Part shown: positions 57,287-64,000 of the stretch, in pieces | Layout: every line of letters begins with the position of its first letter | Numbering within the stretch: position 1 is the first letter of the stretch | DNA from: Desulfobulbaceae bacterium | GTDB lineage: Bacteria > Desulfobacterota > Desulfobulbia > Desulfobulbales > SURF-16 | DNA length: 64,000 bases | Direction of reading: 5' to 3' | Assembly (NCBI GenBank): GCA_027859235.1 | Contig: JAQIBE010000263.1 | Coordinates: forward strand, 3,568 to 67,567 | The notes under the pieces: generated by a model | The model's database searches: none | What the model saw: only the letters and a program-made list of their open reading frames with translations | What the model was told of the DNA's origin: nothing | Made by a program: the position numbers and the translations under genes

Positions 57287-57894
57287 ATTACGACATGAAC
57301 CAATTTTCAATTAATGACAGTTTCGATCATCTGCTTAAACTCATCAGCAGTGAGCGGTTTCTGAAGAAACAGGGGCTGGGCAATGAAGTCCCTTTTTTTA
57401 TATGCCCCTTTCCGCCTCAGAAGGCTGTGGACATGGAAAGGCTCCGTATTCAGTTACGAAATAAACTCGAACAACAGGGTATTCGTATTCTTGATATCAA
57501 TCTTTATGATCTGGCCGTTGATATCCTAAAAAAACGTAATATTTGGGATCGTATTCTTGAAACTGAAGGGTCTATAGACAAAGAGCATCTCAAAGAACTC
57601 CTGCAGGGCATTCTTGATTCACAAGCACACTTGATCCCTGCCATAGCAGAGGAAATGGCTAAAGCCGATTTTGATGTGATGTTTCTCTCCGGAGTTGGGG
57701 AAGTTTTTCCATACATTCGCTCCCACAATGTCCTGAACAACCTGCAAAGTACCGCCAAAGAAAGGCCTACTGTGATGTTCTTCCCTGGTGCTTATACCCA
57801 ATCTTTAGAAGGCGGCGCATCCCTGGATCTCTTTGACTGTTTACATGATGACAAGTATTACCGGGCATTCAACATTTTCCACTGCGAGATTTAA
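57274..57894 (+). CDS. brxB: BREX protein BrxB (DUF1788)
   Basis: GNEVPFFICPFPPQ...MFLSGVGEVFPYIRSHNVLNNLQ...VMFFPGAY...DKYYRAFNIF follows the DUF1788 pattern. The alternative start is ATG 57295. Confidence 0.85.
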   Translation: MVSVNYDMNQFSINDSFDHLLKLISSERFLKKQGLGNEVPFFICPFPPQKAVDMERLRIQLRNKLEQQGIRILDINLYDLAVDILKKRNIWDRILETEGSIDKEHLKELLQGILDSQAHLIPAIAEEMAKADFDVMFLSGVGEVFPYIRSHNVLNNLQSTAKERPTVMFFPGAYTQSLEGGASLDLFDCLHDDKYYRAFNIFHCEI

Positions 57895-57929
57895 CCGGGA
57901 CAAACTACGCCCACATAAAAGGAAAACCC

Positions 57930-60900
57930 ATGCTGCTAAGTGAAATATTCGAGAAACCGGTAGATCGGTCTATAGAAGGTGTTATCAAGGCTGATGATGA
58001 AGCCAGTCTGCGCCTGGAGGTAGAGGAATACGTTCTCACCAACGAGGTTGCGCAACGGCTGGAAAGTTTTCTTGACGCCTATAAAAACTATGACGGTGCA
58101 AACGGCGTCTGGGTGTCTGGTTTCTTTGGTTCCGGAAAATCGCATCTCCTGAAGATCCTCGCCCTGCTCCTTGAAAATCGCTCCATTGACGGCACACCCG
58201 TCCTCGACCTGTTTCTTCCTAAATGTGCGGATAATGAAATTCTGCGCGGTGACCTTAAACGGGCCGTAGAAATCCCCTCTAAATCCATCCTCTTTAATAT
58301 TGACCAGAAAGCTGACGTTATCAGCAAAACCCAGTCAGATGCCCTGCTCTCCGTCTTTGTGAAGGTCTTTGATGAAATGTGCGGCTACTACGGCAAGCAT
58401 GGCCATATTGCCCAATTTGAGCGGGATCTTGATGGCCGTGGCCTATATGGCAAATTCAAAGATGCCTATAAAAATATCGCCAAACAGGACTGGACAGCAG
58501 GCCGGGAACAGGCATTGCTCGAGGGTCATAATATAGCCAAAGCCTACTCCCAGGTCACAGACACGGATGAAGAGTCCGCAAAGGGTATCCTTGATAAATA
58601 CCGCAGCGACTACAAGCTCTCCATTGAAGACTTTGCCGAGCAGATTAATACCTATATCGAGCAGCAGGAGGCCAATTTCCGCTTAAACTTTTTTGTTGAT
58701 GAGGTCGGTCAATACGTCGCAGATAACACAAAACTCATGACAAACCTGCAGACCGTGGCAGAAAGTCTGGCCACCAAATGCAGAGGTCGGGCCTGGGTCA
58801 TCGTTACTGCCCAGGAGGTCTTGGATGATGTTGTCGGTGAAATGACCAAAAAACAGGCCAATGACTTTTCCAAGATCCAGGCCCGTTTTGCCAACCGTAT
58901 GAAGCTTACCAGCGCCAATGTAGATGAGGTCATCCAGAAGAGGCTTTTACTTAAAAACGAAAGTGGCGTGGCGACACTATCTGATGTCTACCATGAACAG
59001 GTAAACAATTTTAAAACCCTGTTTGATTTTGGAGACGGCTCCCAAAGCTATAAGAATTTCAAGGACCGGGACCATTTCATCCATGCCTATCCCTTCATCC
59101 CCTATCAGTTCACCCTGTTCCAGGCGGCCATCCAAAGCCTGTCACAACATAATGCCTTTGAGGGCAAGCATAGTTCCGTAGGCGAGCGCTCCATGCTTGG
59201 CGTGTTCCAGCATGTGGCAAAGCATATCGCTAACCACAGCATCAGGGAGCTGGCCACCTTTGACCTGATGTTTGAAGGAATCCGCACTGCCCTGAAGGCT
59301 CAGATCCAGAGGGCTGTTCTCAACTCAGAACAACACCTGGGCGATGAGTTTGCCGTCCGTGTCCTCAAGGCACTGTTTCTAGTGAAGTATGTCAAGTCGT
59401 TCAAGGCCACTGTTCGTAACATCAGCATCCTCATGCTGGACAATTTTGACCGCAACATCACTGATCTGCATAAACAGGTGGAAGCGGCCCTGAACCTCCT
59501 TGAACAGCAAACCTATATCCAGCGCAATGGTGAGTTGTATGAGTTCCTTACCAATGAAGAAAAGGATGTGGAGCAGGAGGTCAAAAATACGGACGTTGAA
59601 AACTCGGACGTTTCAGAAGAGCTGGTCAAACTCGTGTTTGATTACCCCTTAAAGTCAAGAAAGATCCGTTACGATGACAATGGCCAGGATTATGCTTTTG
59701 CCCGTAAACTCGATGACCGCTTATGCGGCAAAGACCATGAGCTCACCATCCATATCATCAGCCCGTTTCATGAGCAGGTCGATAATGAAACCACCCTTGC
59801 CATGCAGTCCATGGCCAAAGATGAACTGCTGGTTATCATGCCCGCCGATGATCGTTTCCTCCATGATCTGCTCCTCTATAAAAAGACCGACAAATATGTC
59901 CGTCTGAATATGACCCAGACCCAGCAGGAGGCGATTGGACGGATTCTTACCGAGAAGAGTTTTCAGAACCGTGAGCGCTACAAGGCTCTGCAGGATAGAG
60001 CCAAGGATCTGCTCGGCAAGGCAAAGCTCATTATCAACTTGAAACCCCTTGAGTTAAGCAGTACTGACCCACAGACCAGAATTACTCAGGGTTTTTATGA
60101 TCTGCTTCGCCGCACCTATCCCAACCTGAACATGCTGCGGGGGATCAAATACAGCGAGAATGATATAGCGACGTGCCTTAAACCGTCTGGGGCGACACTC
60201 TTCGGCGGTGATGAGAAAATGATGAGTGAGGCAGAGCACGAAATGTTCTCCTTTATCCAGGGCAATAGCCGCAATGGTGTGCGGACAACTCTGAAAAGCC
60301 TGGTGGAGCGCTTCGAGAAGAAGCCGTACGGCTGGTACTTTGCCGCCATCCTCTGTATCACGGCCAAACTCTGCGCCCGTGAAAAGATTGAGGTCAAATC
60401 CGATTCAAATCCTCTGGAAGATACGGCTTTAGAAAAGGCCCTGCGTAACAGTCAGGGCCATGGAAATATCATCCTTGATCCCCAGATTGATTTTACAACC
60501 TCCCAGGTCCGGCAATTAAAGGAGTTTTATGAAGACTTCTTTGATGCCCCCCCCAAAGCAAACGAGGCCAAACCCCTGGGCAAAGAGACTGGCGCAGCAT
60601 TCAAAGAACTTCTGCAGGCCTTGGAGCCAATGGCAGGCATGGTCTCACACTACCCGTTCTTGACAGTGCTGAAAGAACCCATCAGTCAGCTTCGAGAGCT
60701 TGTTGGCAAAGAGTATAGCTTCTACCTGACCGCCCTTGCCAAGCTTGAAGATAATCTCCTCGACATGAAGGACAATGTGCTGGAACCGGTGCGGCGCTTC
60801 ATGTCAGGCCAGCCCAAAGATATCTATGACGAGAGCAAGCGTTTTCTTGAAGAGCAGAATGCCAATTTCTCAGATCTTCAAGGTGATGAGGGCCAGCAGA

Positions 60901-61472
60901 TAAGTGATATCCTGGCAGACAAGGACTGCTTTAAGGGCAACAAGATGCAACAGCTCAAAGGCCTGGTTGACAAGCTGAAAGAGCAGATTGCCACCCTTAT
61001 CGAAGAGGAACGAGCAAAAGCCTTAGAGATGGTGCAAACCCTTGCGGATCGGCTTGTCGGCCTGGATGAATTTGCAAATCTTCAACAGGAAGAACAGCAA
61101 AGACTACAAGCGCCCTTCCACAAAATCCAACAGGAACTGCAACAACATAAACTGATTGCCGTTATTCGCGACAGGTTGCGGAGTTTTGAAGAAGGAGAGT
61201 ATTCACGACTACTGGCGGAAGTCGGTCGTTTAGCGCATGCTGCCAAGTCAAAGAACGACAATGGTAAAACAAAACCAGCAGCAACAGCTAAAAGCACCGG
61301 CGGCACGGGTGATACCAGTGAAAAAGAACCGGAATATGTCTTTGGCCGGTCGTTAAAGGTAGATTTCTCCAAACCGATGCTGGTGGATGAGAAAGATGTG
61401 GAACAATACCTCACTATGATGCGAGAAGCCTTACTTAAAGAAATCCATGCTGGCAAACGGATACAGGTATAG
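57930..61472 (+). CDS. brxC: BREX ATPase BrxC/PglY
   Basis: 1180-aa ORF. The N-terminus is IEGVIKADDEASLRLEVEEYVLTNEV...GVWVSGFFGSGKSHLLKILA (P-loop). Confidence 0.9.
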   Translation: MLLSEIFEKPVDRSIEGVIKADDEASLRLEVEEYVLTNEVAQRLESFLDAYKNYDGANGVWVSGFFGSGKSHLLKILALLLENRSIDGTPVLDLFLPKCADNEILRGDLKRAVEIPSKSILFNIDQKADVISKTQSDALLSVFVKVFDEMCGYYGKHGHIAQFERDLDGRGLYGKFKDAYKNIAKQDWTAGREQALLEGHNIAKAYSQVTDTDEESAKGILDKYRSDYKLSIEDFAEQINTYIEQQEANFRLNFFVDEVGQYVADNTKLMTNLQTVAESLATKCRGRAWVIVTAQEVLDDVVGEMTKKQANDFSKIQARFANRMKLTSANVDEVIQKRLLLKNESGVATLSDVYHEQVNNFKTLFDFGDGSQSYKNFKDRDHFIHAYPFIPYQFTLFQAAIQSLSQHNAFEGKHSSVGERSMLGVFQHVAKHIANHSIRELATFDLMFEGIRTALKAQIQRAVLNSEQHLGDEFAVRVLKALFLVKYVKSFKATVRNISILMLDNFDRNITDLHKQVEAALNLLEQQTYIQRNGELYEFLTNEEKDVEQEVKNTDVENSDVSEELVKLVFDYPLKSRKIRYDDNGQDYAFARKLDDRLCGKDHELTIHIISPFHEQVDNETTLAMQSMAKDELLVIMPADDRFLHDLLLYKKTDKYVRLNMTQTQQEAIGRILTEKSFQNRERYKALQDRAKDLLGKAKLIINLKPLELSSTDPQTRITQGFYDLLRRTYPNLNMLRGIKYSENDIATCLKPSGATLFGGDEKMMSEAEHEMFSFIQGNSRNGVRTTLKSLVERFEKKPYGWYFAAILCITAKLCAREKIEVKSDSNPLEDTALEKALRNSQGHGNIILDPQIDFTTSQVRQLKEFYEDFFDAPPKANEAKPLGKETGAAFKELLQALEPMAGMVSHYPFLTVLKEPISQLRELVGKEYSFYLTALAKLEDNLLDMKDNVLEPVRRFMSGQPKDIYDESKRFLEEQNANFSDLQGDEGQQISDILADKDCFKGNKMQQLKGLVDKLKEQIATLIEEERAKALEMVQTLADRLVGLDEFANLQQEEQQRLQAPFHKIQQELQQHKLIAVIRDRLRSFEEGEYSRLLAEVGRLAHAAKSKNDNGKTKPAATAKSTGGTGDTSEKEPEYVFGRSLKVDFSKPMLVDEKDVEQYLTMMREALLKEIHAGKRIQV

Positions 61473-61633
61473 AGTAACGCATGTATTGAATTTTATACAC
61501 GCGTGCATTGGCTCGTGTACAAGCGACTTATACGCTTTGGCGCATAAATTTTGCGCCTTTTGCACCCGGCATATACATATTCAGCGGTTCAGGTGGATAC
61601 CGACAGCTGAAAAATACAAACTGGAAACGGTAT

Positions 61634-64000
61634 ATGGAAACATCCTCATTAAAAAAATTCGCCCAGACGGCACGGCAGCAGCTTATTGACCAGGTGGGTG
61701 CACGGCTCAAGCTTGTGCTGCAGATGGATAGTGCTGAGCTTCGTGAGAAGAAAGCGGTGGTCAAGCAGCTGCAGGAGCAGATTGCCGAGACTTCTAAGAA
61801 GGCGGTGATTGAGCGGGTGGCCTATATCTGGTTCAACCGGTTCTGTGCCCTGCGTTTCATGGATGTCAATCGTTATACCCGCATCGGTACGGTGAGCCCG
61901 GCTGAGGGCTTTTCCCAGCCTGAGATCCTGATGGATGCCAAGCAGGGCCATATTGATGATGGGCTGCAGGTGGACAGTAAGAAGATCCTGGATCTTCTGG
62001 GCGGTCAGGTCAAGGCCGCTGATCCCCAGCAGGAGGCCTACCGGTTGCTGCTGGTAGCGGTCTGCAACAGCTATCATCAGTTGATGCCCTTCATGTTTGA
62101 GCGCATTGCTGATTATACCGAACTGTTGATGCCGGAGGACCTGCTTTCGCAGAATTCCGTCCTCCAGGATGTGCGCGGGGCCTTGACCGAGGAGAGCTGC
62201 CAGGATGTTGAGGTGATCGGCTGGCTCTACCAGTTCTATATCTCCGAGAAGAAGGACCAGGTCTTTGCAGGGTTGAAGAACAACAAGAAGATCACCCCGG
62301 AAAATATCCCGGCCGCCACCCAGCTCTTTACCCCGCACTGGATCGTCCGTTACCTGGTGGAAAATTCTCTGGGCAGGTTATGGATGCTCAATCGGCCTGA
62401 CTCCAAGCTCGCCGGGCAGATGGACTATTACATCAGGCCGGAGAAACCGGAAACCGACTTCCTCAAGATCAACTCACCCGAAGAAATAAAAATCTGCGAC
62501 CCGGCCTGCGGCAGCGGCCACATGCTCACCTATGGTTTTGACCTGCTCTCAGCCATCTATGAGGAAGAGGGTTATGACGTCAAGGACATTCCCGGTCTGA
62601 TTCTGACTAAGAACCTGTACGGCATTGAAATTGACGAACGGGCCGGTGAACTGGCCGCCTTTGCCCTGACCATGAAGGCTAGGGAGAAGTACCGCCGTTT
62701 TTTCAGGAAACCCGTGCAGCCCAATATCTGTGTGCTGGAGAATGTCCGATTCGATGAGGGTGAGTTGAAGCCCTATATGGACGTGGTTGGCCGGGATCTG
62801 TTCACCGCCAACCTGCAGACCATGCTCCATCAGTTTCAAGAGGCGGATAATTTCGGTTCCCTGATTCGACCGGAGGTGACCGATGTGGCTCATGTCAGAC
62901 AAGTTATCGACGAGAAAGGGCTTGGTTCAAAACTTTTTTTGGCGCAGACGCACCCCAAGGTTTTAAGGGTGTTGGAGCAGGCTGAGTATCTTAGTCCCCA
63001 ATACCATGTGGTGATCGCCAATCCGCCCTATATGGGCGGTAAGGGGATGAATGGGCGGTTGGGGGTGTGGGCTAAAGACAACTACCCAGACAGCAAATCA
63101 GACCTCTTTGCCATGTTTATCGAACGCAATCTTGATTTGGCACTCCCAGCAGGTGCCGTGGCAATGATCACCATGCAGAGTTGGATGTTTTTGTCCTCCT
63201 TCGAAAAACTGCGCTCTCGACTTCTAGGGAAGAACACCATTCTTTCCATGGCCCATCTTGGCGCTCGTGCCTTTGACAGTATTGGAGGTGAGGTGGTTTC
63301 GACGACTGCTTTCGTGTTGGAAAATGCAAATCAGCCTGAATATAAAGGCAGCTTCCTGCGCCTTGTAGTTGGCAGCTCTGAAGCCTCGAAAAATGCATCC
63401 ATCCGAGAAGCAGTTAAGAATCCTGGCTGCGGTTGGTTCTTCCGCGCCTCTGCCACCGACTTCAAGAAAATCCCCGGAAGTCCGATTGCCTATTGGGTAA
63501 GTAAAAAAGAAATTGAAGGTTATTCTTCTAACGAACTGCTTGGTAACATTTCATCACCACGAAAAGGTTTGGATACTGGTGAAAACGATCAATTTCTTCG
63601 TCTATGGTATGAAATATCGTTGGTTACCGCGTGCCTAACTAATGAAGATCACACAATGAAATGGTTCCCTTATAACAAAGGCGGCGTATTTAGACGCTGG
63701 TATGGGAATCGTGAATATTTAATTAACTGGGAAGATAATGGTGCTGCGATTAAATCACGGTTAAGTTGGACTAGCAAGAAGCCAACTATACGAAATGCTA
63801 ACTATTATTTTCGAGAAGGGTTTACCTGGGGAACTATATCTTCCGGTGGGTTTTCTATTAGATACACTCCTGAAGGCACCCTTTTTGATAATGGAGGATG
63901 TACACTCTTTGCAAATAAATGGCTTTTGAAGATAGGAGCGTTTGCTAATAGTAAGATTATGGCAAGATATTTAAAATTTCTTGCACCGACATTAAATTTT
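61634..64000 (+). CDS. pglX: BREX adenine-specific DNA methyltransferase PglX (partial, truncated by the window end)
   Basis: Hand translation from ATG 61634 is open to the window end (789 codons). It contains AYIWFNRFCALRFMD, CDPACGSGHML (SAM motif I) and VIANPPYMG (NPPY motif IV). It is absent from the ORF track because it has no stop in the window. Confidence 0.9.
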   Translation, partial: METSSLKKFAQTARQQLIDQVGARLKLVLQMDSAELREKKAVVKQLQEQIAETSKKAVIERVAYIWFNRFCALRFMDVNRYTRIGTVSPAEGFSQPEILMDAKQGHIDDGLQVDSKKILDLLGGQVKAADPQQEAYRLLLVAVCNSYHQLMPFMFERIADYTELLMPEDLLSQNSVLQDVRGALTEESCQDVEVIGWLYQFYISEKKDQVFAGLKNNKKITPENIPAATQLFTPHWIVRYLVENSLGRLWMLNRPDSKLAGQMDYYIRPEKPETDFLKINSPEEIKICDPACGSGHMLTYGFDLLSAIYEEEGYDVKDIPGLILTKNLYGIEIDERAGELAAFALTMKAREKYRRFFRKPVQPNICVLENVRFDEGELKPYMDVVGRDLFTANLQTMLHQFQEADNFGSLIRPEVTDVAHVRQVIDEKGLGSKLFLAQTHPKVLRVLEQAEYLSPQYHVVIANPPYMGGKGMNGRLGVWAKDNYPDSKSDLFAMFIERNLDLALPAGAVAMITMQSWMFLSSFEKLRSRLLGKNTILSMAHLGARAFDSIGGEVVSTTAFVLENANQPEYKGSFLRLVVGSSEASKNASIREAVKNPGCGWFFRASATDFKKIPGSPIAYWVSKKEIEGYSSNELLGNISSPRKGLDTGENDQFLRLWYEISLVTACLTNEDHTMKWFPYNKGGVFRRWYGNREYLINWEDNGAAIKSRLSWTSKKPTIRNANYYFREGFTWGTISSGGFSIRYTPEGTLFDNGGCTLFANKWLLKIGAFANSKIMARYLKFLAPTLNF

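Larger units (their letters stand above)
36130..64000. mobile_element. mosaic genomic/defence island inserted at tRNA-Ser; right end beyond the window
   Basis: Base composition and gene content change abruptly at the truncated tRNA. The region holds an integrase, a replication-type P-loop gene, several defence-type genes and BREX. No intact tRNA-Ser is found inside the window. Confidence 0.6.

Noticed and set aside
61649-62902. Minus-strand ORFs 61649..62338 (229 aa) and 62549..62902 (117 aa)
   Set aside because: They are antisense to pglX, whose plus-strand frame is open for 789 codons with methyltransferase motifs I and IV.
1-64000. CRISPR arrays, rRNA genes, complete IS elements or prophage structural genes
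   Set aside because: Reading the window found no regularly spaced direct repeats with unique spacers, no rRNA-like sequence, no transposase motif (DDE or HUH) and no capsid, tail or terminase-like ORF.

Overview
The gene content looks like a Desulfobulbales-like (Desulfobacterota) chromosome; this is inference only, with no search run. Positions 1-36070 are ordinary core genome: cinA, glyQ, selC (tRNA-Sec), a 1410-aa PPDK-like phosphotransferase, gap, glgA, aroC, aroK, a receiver-GAF-histidine kinase, an MFS pump, a TlpA-like thioredoxin, a nitroreductase, a hydantoinase-family gene, a polyferredoxin cluster, pilD, cydAB with small accessory ORFs, then rpmH-rnpA-yidD-yidC-jag-mnmE-hpt. At 36071-36129 a tRNA-Ser(GCU) gene is cut exactly at its anticodon loop. 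Everything to the right, from 36.13 kb past the window end, is mosaic accessory DNA in five parts. (i) An integrative-element-like block with a VapE/P4-like P-loop protein, iteron/AT-rich ori-like repeats, an SNF2 remnant, a DUF2958 / C39-like peptidase / Zn-ribbon / tandem-AAA+ operon, and a short tyrosine recombinase. (ii) A tRNA with anticodon UCA, glycine-type acceptor identity and an aberrant long variable arm, 1.3 kb from a 2.1-kb adhesin-like ORF that is open only if TGA is sense (20 in-frame TGA, no TAA/TAG). (iii) A visibly GC-rich 6.5-kb gene for a 2159-aa Cap4-like nuclease / P-loop NTPase / helical-repeat protein (Avs/STAND-like). (iv) An AT-rich HEPN (RNLLVH) gene. (v) A type 1 BREX locus (HTH, brxA, brxB, brxC, and pglX truncated by the window end). 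The strongest candidate for something new is the island-borne UGA-recoding pair (suppressor tRNA plus TGA-rich surface-protein gene). It sits in a host that also encodes tRNA-Sec and uses TGA as a normal stop. No CRISPR array or rRNA was seen. All calls come from reading the sequence and ORF track; no database searches were run.
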